From positions 1,120,001-1,184,000 of the forward strand of contig CAXXDN010000002.1 of the NCBI GenBank assembly GCA_963667465.2: a DNA stretch of 64,000 nt, given 5' to 3'. Position 1 is the first letter of the stretch. Each line of letters starts with the position of its first letter. The translations under genes were made by a program, and so were the position numbers. Of the stretch, positions 26,965-38,100 are shown piece after piece. This DNA comes from Dehalococcoidia bacterium (GTDB lineage Bacteria > Chloroflexota > Dehalococcoidia > UBA2979). Below the pieces are notes generated by a model, which saw nothing but the letters and a program-made list of their open reading frames with translations, made no database searches and was not told where the DNA came from.

Positions 26965-28077
26965 TCAACTCTCGCGGAGCAGCGGCGCCGCCTCGCGGCC
27001 GAGCCGGTCGTAGCGGCGCAGCAGCGCCGGCAGTGCGCGACCGCTGCGCGGCGCCTCGCGGTGCATCCGCTCGAACAGCCTCACGAGGCCCTCGAGGTCG
27101 GCGAGGTGCACGGTCTCCGCGCGCACGCGGCCGCGCGGGCCGGCGTTGTGGTAGTTGCCGAGCGCGATGCAGGCCGCGCCCGTCTCGTAGCCGTAGAGGT
27201 CGTAGGCCGTCGCCTCGGTCACGCCGCCGTCCATCAGCCGGCGCTGCCAGCCGAAGCTGTCCTGTTCCTCGGCCAGCTCCTGCGCGAGCGCCGTCATCCA
27301 CTGCGTCAGCGCGGGCGAGAAGATATGCAGCGCATCGCCGACGCGGATGATCGGACCACCGCCCTGCGCCGCCCGGCCGCCCGCGAACGAGGACGTCTCG
27401 ACCGCGATCACCAGCGCGTCGCCGGGCAGCAACTGCTCGCGCCCGACGACCGAGGCGCCGCGCAGCCCGACCTCCTCGGCGCGGGTGAAGAGGCCGACCA
27501 GGTGACCGGTCCGCCGCTCCGCGGCAACGCGCTCAAGCGTCGCGAGCACAGCGGCGCAGCCTGCGAGATCGTCGCAGGCGCGGGCCTGCACCAGATCGCC
27601 GCGAAAGCGGCAGGCCGGGACGTCCCAGAGCGCCAGGTCGCCCTCGGCGGCGCGCTCGCCCGAATCGAGCGTGGCTGCGGCGCCGGCCAGCCGCCGACGC
27701 TCGTCGCGCCGCACGGAGGTGATACTCGCGCGCGCGTGCGGCTTGCGTTCGCCCTCGCGGTAGAGGGCGAGGCGTTCGCCCCCGCCGTACTCGGCGGACA
27801 GTCCGCCGCGGAACTCGAGGCGCAGCCGCCGGCCCCGTACCCCCTCGACGACGAAGCCCGGATGGTCCATGTGCGCGCCAAGGACCAGCGGCCGGCGGCG
27901 GCGGCCGCGGCGATAGGTGATGTAGACGTTGCCGTACGCGTCCTCCTCGTGCGTCAGCCCGCGCTCGGCGGCGAAGGCGCGCAGGTACTCGCGCACACCG
28001 CCCTCGAGGTACGGCGCGGACGGGATTGAGACGACCTCGCGCACCAGCTCACGGAGCCGCTCCGGCACGTCCACCAC
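26965..28077 (-). CDS. M20/M28/M42-type metallo-hydrolase
   Basis: AHMDHPGF, ARACDDLAG, FTRAEEVG, AVETS, GGVTEA, NYHN. Confidence 0.85.
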   Translation of the reverse strand: MVDVPERLRELVREVVSIPSAPYLEGGVREYLRAFAAERGLTHEEDAYGNVYITYRRGRRRRPLVLGAHMDHPGFVVEGVRGRRLRLEFRGGLSAEYGGGERLALYREGERKPHARASITSVRRDERRRLAGAAATLDSGERAAEGDLALWDVPACRFRGDLVQARACDDLAGCAAVLATLERVAAERRTGHLVGLFTRAEEVGLRGASVVGREQLLPGDALVIAVETSSFAGGRAAQGGGPIIRVGDALHIFSPALTQWMTALAQELAEEQDSFGWQRRLMDGGVTEATAYDLYGYETGAACIALGNYHNAGPRGRVRAETVHLADLEGLVRLFERMHREAPRSGRALPALLRRYDRLGREAAPLLRES

Positions 28078-28156
28078 GCGGCGCCCCCTTCCGGCTCGGC
28101 GGGGCCGATGCTACCCGCGCTCGCGCGCTGCCGCCTCCGGCGCGTACGATCGGGCG

Positions 28157-29443
28157 GTGACTAGCATGGACCCCGCAGCGCCAGACCCCACACCCCCACG
28201 CCGGCGGAAGCGCGCCCGGCGGCGGCGGCGCGTGCTCGATCGCCCGCGCAAGCCAATCGAGATCGAACTGACCGGCTTCGCCGCGGGTGGCAAGGCCGTG
28301 GGCCGTGCGCCCGACGGCCGCGTCGCCTTCGTCGAGTATGCGATCCCCGGTGAGCGCGTCCTCGCCGAGGTCGTCGAGGAGACGCCGTCCTACCTCGAGG
28401 CGACAACGGTCGAGGTGCGCGAGTCCTCGGAGTCACGCGTCGAGCCGCGCTGCCAGTACTTCGGGCGCTGCGGCGGCTGCCAGCTCCAGCACGTCGCCTA
28501 CGGGGAGCAGTTGCGCCTCAAGACCGGCATCGTGGGCGAACAGCTGCGCCGCATCGGCCGCTTCGAGGACGAGGCGATCGACGGGGTGCTGCGCGAGATG
28601 ATCGGCATGGCGGACCCGTGGGCGTACCGCAACCACATGCGCTTCACCGTGCGCCGCGACGGCGATGTCGGCTTCATGGAGCACGGCAGCCATCGCTTCC
28701 TGCGCATCGACCACTGCGAGATCGCGCTGCCCGCGGCCAACCGCGTGCTGCAGGACGCGCAGGGCCGCACGATGCAGACGCGCGCGCTGACCGTGCGCGC
28801 GGGAGAGCACAGCGGCGAGCTGCTGGTCCAGCCGAAGCTGCGCTGGCGCCCGCACCGCCGGGGTAACACGCGCAGCGGCCAGCCCAACTACCACGAGCTG
28901 CTGCGCGGGGCGCGCTACCGCGTCTCCTCGCCCGCCTTCTTCCAGGTCAACTCGCGGCAGGCCGAGCGGCTGATCGAGCTGGTCGTCGCGCGGGCCCGCG
29001 CGGTCCAGCCCCGCCTCGTCGCCGACGCCTACTCCGGAGTCGGCACGTTCGCCGTCGCGCTCGCGCAGGTGGTGCCGGACGTCGTGACGATCGAATACTC
29101 CGCCGCCGCCGGCGACGACGCCGAGGTCAATCTCGCGCCTTATGACAACGTGCGCCGCATCGTCGGCACCGTCGAGGATCAGCTCCCCGCGCTCGACCCC
29201 GCGCCCGACGTGGTCGTCGTCGACCCGCCGCGTGCGGGCCTCGACGCCTCCGTGATCGACGCGATCCTCGATTCGCGGGTGCGGCGGCTCGTCTACGTCT
29301 CCTGCGATCCGGCGACGCTCGCGCGCGATCTGCGCCGCCTCGCCGACGGCGGGATGGCGCTCGGCGAGGTGCAGCCGATCGACATGTTCCCGCACACCCA
29401 GCACATCGAGTGCATCTCCACGCTTGACCGGGCCGCGAGCTGA
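28157..29443 (+). CDS. TrmA/RlmD-family RNA m5U methyltransferase
   Basis: TRAM-like N-terminus, CQYFGRCGGC Fe-S motif, FFQVN, DAYSGVG, VDPPRAG, YVSCDPATLARD, DMFPHTQHIE. Confidence 0.9.
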   Translation: MTSMDPAAPDPTPPRRRKRARRRRRVLDRPRKPIEIELTGFAAGGKAVGRAPDGRVAFVEYAIPGERVLAEVVEETPSYLEATTVEVRESSESRVEPRCQYFGRCGGCQLQHVAYGEQLRLKTGIVGEQLRRIGRFEDEAIDGVLREMIGMADPWAYRNHMRFTVRRDGDVGFMEHGSHRFLRIDHCEIALPAANRVLQDAQGRTMQTRALTVRAGEHSGELLVQPKLRWRPHRRGNTRSGQPNYHELLRGARYRVSSPAFFQVNSRQAERLIELVVARARAVQPRLVADAYSGVGTFAVALAQVVPDVVTIEYSAAAGDDAEVNLAPYDNVRRIVGTVEDQLPALDPAPDVVVVDPPRAGLDASVIDAILDSRVRRLVYVSCDPATLARDLRRLADGGMALGEVQPIDMFPHTQHIECISTLDRAAS

Positions 29444-29446
29444 GGC

Positions 29447-30064
29447 GTGGAGCAGCCCACGCTGGTCCTGGCCTCCGCGTCGCCGCGCCGGCGCGAGCTG
29501 CTCGCGGCGCTGGGCGTCGACTTCCACGTCCGTCCGACCGACGTGGACGAGACCAGCGAGGAGCCCGACCCACGTCGCCGGGCGTCGCAGCTCGCGCTGC
29601 GCAAGGCACGCGCCGCCACGCAGGCGCACCCGCAGGCGGCGGTCATCACCGCCGACACGATCGTCGTCCTCGACGAGCGCATGCTGGGCAAGCCGGACGG
29701 CTCCGGCGAGGCCGCCGCGATGCTCGATTCGCTGCGCGGACGCCGCCACGAGGTGGTGAGCTCCGTCGCAGTGACCTCGGAGGGCCGCGAAGCCGTCGAG
29801 GCGGCGGTGACAGCCGTGACGATGCGTGACTACGGCGAGGAGGAGATCGAGCGCTTCATCGCGCGCGGCGAGCCGTTCGACAAGGCGGGCGGCTACGCGG
29901 TGCAGGACCCGGAGTTCGCCCCGGCCACGAGCGTGGACGGCTGCCTCTGCGCCGTCATCGGGCTGCCGCTCTGGACCGTGCGCGGCCTGCTCGCGAGCGT
30001 CGCCGGCATCGAGGCTGCACCGCCCGCGCTGGAGCGCTGCGCCGCCTGCCCGCTGCGGGCGTAA
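29447..30064 (+). CDS. maf: Maf-family nucleotide pyrophosphatase
   Basis: LASASPRRRELL, ADTIV..LGKP, DKAGGYAVQ, VIGLPL. Confidence 0.93.
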   Translation: MEQPTLVLASASPRRRELLAALGVDFHVRPTDVDETSEEPDPRRRASQLALRKARAATQAHPQAAVITADTIVVLDERMLGKPDGSGEAAAMLDSLRGRRHEVVSSVAVTSEGREAVEAAVTAVTMRDYGEEEIERFIARGEPFDKAGGYAVQDPEFAPATSVDGCLCAVIGLPLWTVRGLLASVAGIEAAPPALERCAACPLRA

Positions 30065-30083
30065 CCCCGGGGCGAGCCCGCGA

Positions 30084-30650
30084 CTACACCTGCACGACGA
30101 GCAGCTCGCCGACGAAGGTCGAGAGGCGCATCTGGACACGGCGTTCAGTTTGCTCGTAGCCCTCGCTGCGCACGTGGATGTCGCGCACGACGCCCTCCTC
30201 GCGACGGCCGAGGACGTCGACGCTGCCGACGATCGACTGCGCGGTGACGTCCACGCCGACGGCGCGCGGCACGCGCACCTGGATCGTACCGAGCCAGCAG
30301 AGCAGCGCCAGCTCCGTCTCGCCGGGCGGCAGCTCTGCCTCCCGCAGGTCGAGCTCGATGTCACCGACGACTGTCGAGATCACCGCATCGTCCTCGACAG
30401 TCCAGCCGTCCACGGAGGACCGCACGTGCCCGACCGCGAGGCGCAGCTTTCGCGAGAAGCGCCGCACGCGCCAGGCCGCGAGGATGGCGAGCGCGCCGAG
30501 CGCCACGAAGGCGAGGCCGAAGGCGCTGCCGATCGCGCCGGCGAGGCCGAGCGAACGCGCGCCGGTGCTGTCGATCAGCAGCACGGCGCCGAGCGTCACC
30601 AGATAGAGCGCGACGGTGATCGGGGCCACGTCGCGCGCGCGGGCGCTCAT
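30084..30650 (-). CDS. LiaF-like cell-envelope stress membrane protein (DUF2154-type C-terminus)
   Basis: Two N-terminal TMs then [20 protein letters not shown]...[10 protein letters not shown]. Confidence 0.75.
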   Translation of the reverse strand: MSARARDVAPITVALYLVTLGAVLLIDSTGARSLGLAGAIGSAFGLAFVALGALAILAAWRVRRFSRKLRLAVGHVRSSVDGWTVEDDAVISTVVGDIELDLREAELPPGETELALLCWLGTIQVRVPRAVGVDVTAQSIVGSVDVLGRREEGVVRDIHVRSEGYEQTERRVQMRLSTFVGELLVVQV

Positions 30651-30814
30651 TGGCCTCGCCTCCGCCAGGCCCGGCGCAGGCGCTCGTAGAGAATCACGGC
30701 GCCGACGCCGATCAGGATCAGCGGCCACAGCTCGCGGATGCCGAATTCGGTGATGCCGAGCGACTCCGCGAGGAAGATCAGTCCGATGATGACGAGTACG
30801 ACCCCGAAGGCCAC
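30647..30814 (-). CDS. Small membrane protein (DUF5668/LiaI-like)
   Basis: [22 protein letters not shown]; GGAGG RBS; TACAAT -10 at 30870-30875. Confidence 0.7.
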   Translation of the reverse strand: MAFGVVLVIIGLIFLAESLGITEFGIRELWPLILIGVGAVILYERLRRAWRRRGQ

Positions 30815-30979
30815 CTTCGGTCCCTCCGCCTCGCTGCCGCGCACGCGCGCTGGCGATTCGCGTGGCCCCATTGTACGGCGACGCTGCCGTACCCCGGCAG
30901 CGCCGGGTGCTGGCGCTCACCCGGACGCAGTCCGAGAATGGATCGGAGCGCAGCAGGCACATTCGGGTCAGGGGGTGAG

Positions 30980-31675
30980 ATGAGCGAAGCGATCATCGAG
31001 ATCACGGACCTCGTCAAGACCTACGACGCCGGCGAGATCCAGGTCCACGCCCTGCGCGGCGTCTCACTCTCCGTCCAGCCCGCCGAGATGGTCGCCATCA
31101 TGGGCCCCTCCGGCTGCGGCAAGACTACCCTGCTCAACACCGCCTCCGGCCTCGACGACCCCACCAGCGGCACGATCTTGATCGAGGGCACCGACCTCGC
31201 CAGCCTCGACGACAACACGAAGACCTCGTACCGCGCGAGGCGCATGGGGTTCATCTTCCAGTTCTACAACCTGCTGCCCGTGCTCAGCTCCGTCGAGAAC
31301 GTCGAGCTGCCGCTCCTTGTCTCCGGCACGCCGCCGGGAGAGGCGCGGGAGCGCTCGCTGGCGGGGCTCGAGCAGGTCGGCCTGGCCGACTGGGCGGACC
31401 ACCGGCCGGGCCAGCTCTCCGGCGGCCAGCGTCAGCGCGTCACGATCGCCCGCGCCCTCGTCAACAACCCGGCGATCGTCTGGGCCGATGAGCCGACGGG
31501 CGACCTCGACTCCGTGACCGCAAACCAGATCATGGACCAGCTCATCGACCTCAATGAGTCGCAGGGGCAGACGTTCGTGCTGGTGACGCACGGACGCGAG
31601 ATCGCCGAGCGCTGCCACCGCATCGTTCACATGCGCGACGGCGAGATCGAGAGCGAGGAGCAGCTGGTTGGATAG
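30980..31675 (+). CDS. ABC transporter ATP-binding protein (LolD/MacB type)
   Basis: [38 protein letters not shown]. Confidence 0.93.
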   Translation: MSEAIIEITDLVKTYDAGEIQVHALRGVSLSVQPAEMVAIMGPSGCGKTTLLNTASGLDDPTSGTILIEGTDLASLDDNTKTSYRARRMGFIFQFYNLLPVLSSVENVELPLLVSGTPPGEARERSLAGLEQVGLADWADHRPGQLSGGQRQRVTIARALVNNPAIVWADEPTGDLDSVTANQIMDQLIDLNESQGQTFVLVTHGREIAERCHRIVHMRDGEIESEEQLVG

Positions 31676-34600
31676 CCTCTTCGGGATTCCGCTGACCAGC
31701 ATCCTCGTCGCGCTGCTGCTCGCGCTCGGCGCGATCTTCGCGATCCTCGGCGTGATCGCCTGGCGCCAGCCGCTGCTCGTGCGCATGGGGCTGCGCAACA
31801 TCGGCCGGCGCAAGCCGCAGACCGCGCTGATCGTCATCGGGCTGATGCTCTCGACGCTGATCATCAGCGCCGCCTTCGCCACCGGCGACACCGTCGGCTA
31901 CTCGATCACCAACGAGGTCTACGACTCCTTCGAGGAAGCGGACATCCTGATCGCGTTCGACGACGACATCTCCGAGTTCGGCGACGACTTCCTCGATGCG
32001 CTCACTGCCGAGTTCAGCGACGATCCCGACATCGACGGGATCACGGGCGTCCTCAACGAGGTGCTCCCCGTGGTCAACCCTGAGCAACGCCTCTCCGAAG
32101 CCAACGCCAGCTTTATCGGCGTCGATCCCGACACTGTGGACCCGTTCAAGGGCCTCAAGACCATCGGGGGCGAGCTGATCCCCGGCTCAAGCCTCGGCGG
32201 ATTGCGCGCCTACGTCTCAGAGGATCTTGCCGACGGCGTCAACGTCCGGGCGGGCGACACCATCCACGTCTTCCTGGGCGGCGCGCCGACAGCGTTCGAG
32301 GTCATCGAGATCGTCCAGAACACCTCGATCACCCAGGCCGAGGGAGGCGGCGGGGGTCTCGTCGTGAGCCTCGATGTCGCTCGCGAATTGACCGGCCACG
32401 AAGGCAGCCTGACCGCCATCGCGGTATCCATCACCGGAGGGGTGCGCGACACGCTCGACCTCAACGACGAAGTTGCGAGCCGGGTCGAGGACTTCATCGC
32501 GGCGAACCCGGAAGGCCAGGCCGAGATCTTCTTCACGAAGAAGGAGGCCGTCGAGCTGGCGGAGCTGATCGGGTCGATCTTCGTCACGTTCTTCCTGATC
32601 TTCGGCCTGTTCGCGATCGCCTCGGGCATCCTCCTGATCTTCCTCATCTTCGTCATGCTCGCCGCCGAGCGGCGCTCCGAGATGGGGATGGCGCGCGCCG
32701 TCGGAATGCAGCGGCTGCACCTCACCGAGTCGTTCCTCGCCGAGGGCATGGCCTACAACGTTGGCTCGGCTGCGGTGGGCGCCCTGCTCGGCCTCGCCGT
32801 CGCCTTCGTGCTGGTGCTCGTACTGGCCCAGATCTTCAGCGAGGCGCTGGGCTTCGGAATCACGTTCCACTTCAACTGGCAGGGCTTCCTCATTGCGTAC
32901 AGCCTGGGCGTGGTCCTGACCTTCGCAACCGTCGCGTTCTCCTCGTTCCGCATCGCGAACCTCAACATCGTGCGCGCGATCCGCGACCTGCCGGAGCCGC
33001 AGCCGCTCCGAGGCGCGGACCGCTCGATCGGCGCCCTGATCAAGTCCGCGGTCGGCGCGTTGTGGTTGGTCGGCTGGATCGTCGTGCTGGTGGTCTCGGG
33101 CACCGTCACCATTGTGCTGAGCGCGTTCGTCATCGGGGCGGTCTTCGGCGGCCTGCCGCTGATCCTGTCTGGACTCTTCGGCGGCGCTGCGCTGATGGCG
33201 GTGAGCGCCCTCATGTTCTTCGGAGCCCGAACGGTGCGCCGAGGGCAGTTCCTCGAGCTGCAGGGCTGGCGCGACTGGCTGCTCTGGGTGCTGTGGGTTG
33301 CCGTCTTCAACGTCGTCGCCGCCTGCGTCTGGCTGCTGCAGCTCTCACGCGACTGGGCCGGACGCCACCGCAACGCGGGCGGCTGGGCCGTGATCATGCT
33401 GATCCTCGGCGCGGCATTCGCCTGGCTGTCTGGCTGGGGCTTCGACGCCCTGAGCGGGCTGCAGGGCCAGGCGTTCGCCTATGCGGGAGGCTTCACCCTC
33501 GCCGTGCTCGCCGCGGCAATGCTCTTCGTCTACTTCGGGGTGAACGAGCGCCTCTCCTTCACGGTGGCCGGGCTCGGGCTGGTCTGGTACTGGGTGCTGC
33601 CACTCCCCTTCTCGCTCTTCCTCGACCGCGAAAGCGTGGGCGAACTCGACCCGATCGACGGCGTCCTCCGCCTGCTCGGCCTCCCCAGACCGGGGCAGAT
33701 CGAGGGCAACATCGAGATGTTCTTCGTGTCGGGGATCGCGATCACCGCAGCGGCGGTGCTCGTCATCATCCTCAACGCCGAACTAGCCCTTGCCCCGGTG
33801 CGCTGGCTGGGCGGCCTGTTCGGCGGGATCGCGCCGGCGATCAAGACGGCGATCGCCTACCCGGTCGCCTCGAAGTTCCGCACGGGCATGACCCTCGCGA
33901 TGTTCGGACTCGTCGTCTTCAGCCTCGTGGTCATGGCTACGCTCAACTCGAACTTTACGCAGGCGTTCCTCAGCGACGACGCGGCCGGCGGCTTCGACGT
34001 CGAGGTCGACGTCAACCCGAGCAACCGCATCCCCGATCTGCGCGAGGCGCTCCGCTCCGCCGGCTACGAGCCCGCTGCCTCGATCGGCGGCGCCGGGCGC
34101 CTCGTCTCCGCCTTCCCGCAGGTGCGGCGGAGCGACGACCCCGACGGCGACGACGGCTACGAGACCTACCACCTTGCGGGCATGGACGACGAGTTCCTCG
34201 ACCTGCAGCGCTTCCCCATCGAGCACCGCGCGGCGGGGTACGACAGCGACGAGGCCGTGTGGGAGGCGCTCCGCACCGATCCCACAGTCGCCATCGTGGA
34301 CGCCTCGCGCCTCGTTGAGCCCACCGACTTCGGCGGCGACCCGAATGAGCCGGGCGACTTCTTCCTCGGCGTCGCCGACCAGGACCTTCGCGGTGAGCCG
34401 TGGGAGCCGATCCCGCTGACCTTCCGCGACCGGGATAGTGGTCAGACCATGGAGCTGCGGATCATCGGCGTACTCGAGCCGCAGGTCACCTCCGTGATCG
34501 TGGACTTCTTCGCCATCTTCACGCACACCGCGGCGGTCGAGGACTACTTCGGCGGCGGCGAGTGGGAGGGCTACTACGTCGTGACCGCCGAGGCGACGGA

Positions 34601-35114
34601 CGAGGCCGCGATCGAGACTGCGCGCGACATCGAGTCGACGCTGCTGGAGCTCGGCGTGCAGTCGAACTCGATCGACAAACTGATCGACGACCAGGCGTCC
34701 ACCTCGCGCTCGTTCCAGTTCCTGTTCGAGGGCTTCATGGGGCTCGGGCTGATCGTCGGGATCGCGGCGCTTGGCGTGATCGCGTTCCGCACCGTGGTGG
34801 AGCGGCGGCAACAGATCGGGATGCTGCGCGCGATCGGCTACAGCCGCAGGCTGGTCGCGATTTCCTACTTCCTCGAGTCCTCGTTCATCGCGCTGGCGGG
34901 CATCGCGATCGGGATTACGCTCGGGCTGGCGATCTCGTACAACCTGCTGGCGAGCCCGGACTTCACCGGCGGCACGGAGATCGACTTCCAGGTGCCGTGG
35001 GCGCGGCTGGCGGTGGTCCTCGGCGTCGCTTACGGGGCGAGCGCGCTGATGACGTTGCTCCCCGCCCGCGCCGCCTCACGCGTCGCCGTCGCCGAGGCGC
35101 TGAGGTACGAGTAG
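31668..35114 (+). CDS. Large FtsX/MacB-like ABC permease (duplicated architecture)
   Basis: [13 protein letters not shown] and [13 protein letters not shown] repeats; ends [15 protein letters not shown]. Confidence 0.9.
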   Translation: MDSLFGIPLTSILVALLLALGAIFAILGVIAWRQPLLVRMGLRNIGRRKPQTALIVIGLMLSTLIISAAFATGDTVGYSITNEVYDSFEEADILIAFDDDISEFGDDFLDALTAEFSDDPDIDGITGVLNEVLPVVNPEQRLSEANASFIGVDPDTVDPFKGLKTIGGELIPGSSLGGLRAYVSEDLADGVNVRAGDTIHVFLGGAPTAFEVIEIVQNTSITQAEGGGGGLVVSLDVARELTGHEGSLTAIAVSITGGVRDTLDLNDEVASRVEDFIAANPEGQAEIFFTKKEAVELAELIGSIFVTFFLIFGLFAIASGILLIFLIFVMLAAERRSEMGMARAVGMQRLHLTESFLAEGMAYNVGSAAVGALLGLAVAFVLVLVLAQIFSEALGFGITFHFNWQGFLIAYSLGVVLTFATVAFSSFRIANLNIVRAIRDLPEPQPLRGADRSIGALIKSAVGALWLVGWIVVLVVSGTVTIVLSAFVIGAVFGGLPLILSGLFGGAALMAVSALMFFGARTVRRGQFLELQGWRDWLLWVLWVAVFNVVAACVWLLQLSRDWAGRHRNAGGWAVIMLILGAAFAWLSGWGFDALSGLQGQAFAYAGGFTLAVLAAAMLFVYFGVNERLSFTVAGLGLVWYWVLPLPFSLFLDRESVGELDPIDGVLRLLGLPRPGQIEGNIEMFFVSGIAITAAAVLVIILNAELALAPVRWLGGLFGGIAPAIKTAIAYPVASKFRTGMTLAMFGLVVFSLVVMATLNSNFTQAFLSDDAAGGFDVEVDVNPSNRIPDLREALRSAGYEPAASIGGAGRLVSAFPQVRRSDDPDGDDGYETYHLAGMDDEFLDLQRFPIEHRAAGYDSDEAVWEALRTDPTVAIVDASRLVEPTDFGGDPNEPGDFFLGVADQDLRGEPWEPIPLTFRDRDSGQTMELRIIGVLEPQVTSVIVDFFAIFTHTAAVEDYFGGGEWEGYYVVTAEATDEAAIETARDIESTLLELGVQSNSIDKLIDDQASTSRSFQFLFEGFMGLGLIVGIAALGVIAFRTVVERRQQIGMLRAIGYSRRLVAISYFLESSFIALAGIAIGITLGLAISYNLLASPDFTGGTEIDFQVPWARLAVVLGVAYGASALMTLLPARAASRVAVAEALRYE

Positions 35115-35167
35115 GCGTCGCGCGCCACTGCTACCGGTCCGGTTGGTTGGGAGCCTGAAGAAGCAGT

Positions 35168-38100
35168 CTAGACCGCCGTCTGCGCCCGCAACCCCTCGAG
35201 GTGGCGGCGCACCACGGTCATCGGGCCGCCCTCGGTGAGGGCGAACTTGGGCGCGACCTTCCAGAACTTCGGCAGGTACTGCCGCCACTGATCGAGGATG
35301 TGGCGCGCCCGCGGCGACCCGGTCATCTCCAGGTGGCGGCGGATCAGCATCTCGAGCAGCTCGATCGCGTCGGGCGTCGTCACCTGCTCGAGGCCGACGA
35401 GCTCCTGGTTGACGCGCGTTCGGAAGTCGCCTTCCTCGTCCAGCACGTAGGCAATGCCGTCCGACATGCCGGCGCCGAAGTTGCGGCCCGTGCGGCCGAG
35501 GATCGCGATCACGCCGTCTGTCATGTACTCGCAGCCGTGATCGCCTACGCCCTCGACGACGGCGCGCGCACCGGAGTTGCGGACGGCGAAGCGCTCGCCC
35601 GCGCTGCCCGCGACGAAGAGGTGCCCACCGGTCGCGCCGTACAGCACGGTGTTGCCGACCAGCACCGCCTCGGTGCCGGTGCCGATGAAGCCGGCGTCGT
35701 CGGGCGGGCGCACGACGATCTCGCCGCCGTTCATTCCCTTGGCCACGTAGTCGTTGGCCTCGCCGACGAGGTGCAGCCGCATCCCCGATGAGAGGAACGC
35801 GCCGAACGACTGTCCGGCCGATCCGTTGAACGAGATCTCGATCGAGCCCTCCGGCAGGCCGTTGTTGCCATAGCGCATGGCGATCTCCCCGGAGAGCCTC
35901 GCGCCCACGGTGCGGTCCGTGTTGCGAATCTTGTAGGAGCGTCGCTCGGGGGGGCCGCCCGCGATGGCGCTGCGCACGTCGGCGATGATCGTGTCGTCCA
36001 GCAGCGGCTCGCCGCGGTCGTTGCGGTCCTGAATGGAGTGCCTCGGCTCGAGCCCGCTCGGGTCCGCGGGCATCAGCACGTTCGCGAGGTCGATGCCGTC
36101 GCCGCGCTTGCCGCCCTCGGGCGGCAGCTGCTTGAGCAGTTCGGCGCGCCCGATCACCTCGTCCAGCCGCTCGAAGCCGAGCTCCGCGAGGATGGCGCGC
36201 ACCTCCTCGCCGACGTGCGTGAGGTACTTCACCACCATCTCAGGCGTGCCGAAGTACTTGGCGCGCAGATCCTCGCGCTGCGTCGCCACGCCGACGGGGC
36301 AGGTGTTGATGTGGCACTGGCGCGCCATCTTGCAGCCGACGGCAATCATCGCCGAGGTGCCGAAGCCGTACTCTTCGGCGCCGAGCATGGCCGCGACGAT
36401 GACGTCGCGGCCGGTGTGCATCCCGCCGTCGGTGCGCAGCCGCACGCGGCCGCGCAGGTCGTTGGCGACAAGCACCTGCTGCGTCTCCGCCAGCCCCAGC
36501 TCCCAGGGTGCGCCCGCGTACTTGATCGAGGACCACGGCGAGGCGCCCGTGCCGCCGTCGTGGCCGCTGATCTGGATGATGTCGGCGTAGCCCTTGGCGA
36601 CACCGGCGGCGATCGTGCCGACGCCCTCGGCGGCGACGAGCTTCACGCAGACCCGCGCGCGTGGGTTGACCGCCTTGAGGTCGAAGATCAACTGCGCGAG
36701 ATCCTCGATCGAGTAGATGTCGTGGTGCGGAGGCGGCGAGATCAGCGGCGTCCCCTCCATGACGTGGCGCATCGAGGCGATGTAGGTGGAGACCTTGTGG
36801 CCGGGGAGCTGTCCGCCCTCGCCCGGCTTCGAGCCCTGCGCGATCTTGATCTCCAGCTCGTCGGCAGCCGCGAGGTAGGCCGGGGTCACGCCGAAGCGCC
36901 CGGACGCCACCTGCTTGACCCTCGAGTTGGCGTCGCGCAGGTCGCCGTCGGGGCTGTAGCGCCGCGGGTCCTCGCCGCCCTCGCCGGTGTTGGAGCGGCC
37001 GCCGAGCACGTTCATTGCGCGCGCGATGTCCTCGTGCGCCTCGCGGCTGAGCGCGCCGAGCGACATGGCGCCGGTGTTGAAGCGTCGCGTCACCTCGCCG
37101 ATCGGCTCGACGCGCGAAACATCGATCGGGTCGCGGTCGGACTGGAATCCGAGGGCGTCGCGCAGCGCGGTGCGCGGCCGCGAGTGCACCAGCTCGCTGT
37201 ACTCGCGGTACTCCTCTTCGCCGCCGCCGTCCTGCACCACCTTGTGCAGGGCGCGCCAGACCTTCGGCTCGAAGGCGTGGTAGTCGCCGTCGCGGCGGTA
37301 CTTGTACCAGCCGCCGTGCGGCATCTCCGCCTGCGGGTAGGCGCGCGTGTGACGGTCGAGGATGTCGCGGCCGATGTTGTCGTAGGTGATACCGGCGATC
37401 CGCGACGTGGTGCCGGGAAACGAGCGCCCGATCACCTCGTCGGAGATACCGAGCGCCTCAAAGATCTGCGATCCGTGGTAGGAGGAGACGGCGGAGATGC
37501 CCATCTTGGACATCACCTTGAGGATGCCGGCGTCCACCGCCTGCTGGTACTGGCGCATCACCTGGTCCAGCTCGACCTCGCCGAACTCGCCCTCGTGGGC
37601 GAGGTCGCGCAGCGTCTCGAAAGCCAGGTAGGGATTGACGGCGCTGGCGCCGAAGCCGATCAGGCAGGCGAAGTGGTGCACGTCGCGTGCATCGCCGGCC
37701 TCCGCGACGAGGCTGGTCTTCATGCGCCGTCCCGTGCGAATCAGGTGGTGATGCACGGTGGAGACCGCGAGCAGCATCGGGATCGGCGCCCACTGCTCAT
37801 CGCAGAGGCGGTCGCTGATCACGATCACGTCGTGGCCCTCGTCCACCGCCAGCTCGGCGGCGGCGCACAGATCGTCGAGGGCGGCGCGCAGCCCGCCCGG
37901 GCCCTCCGCGGCCGCGAAGCGCGCATGCAGCGTGGTCAGCGCAAAGGTTCCGATCGGCGTATTGCGCAGCGCCGCCATCTCCTCGTCCACCATCAGCGGG
38001 CTGGTGAGGTGGACGAGGCGCGCCGCCTCCGGCGTCGTCTCCAGCAGCGAGTGGCGGCGACCGAGCAGCGTATCGAGGGACATCACGATCTCTTCCCGGA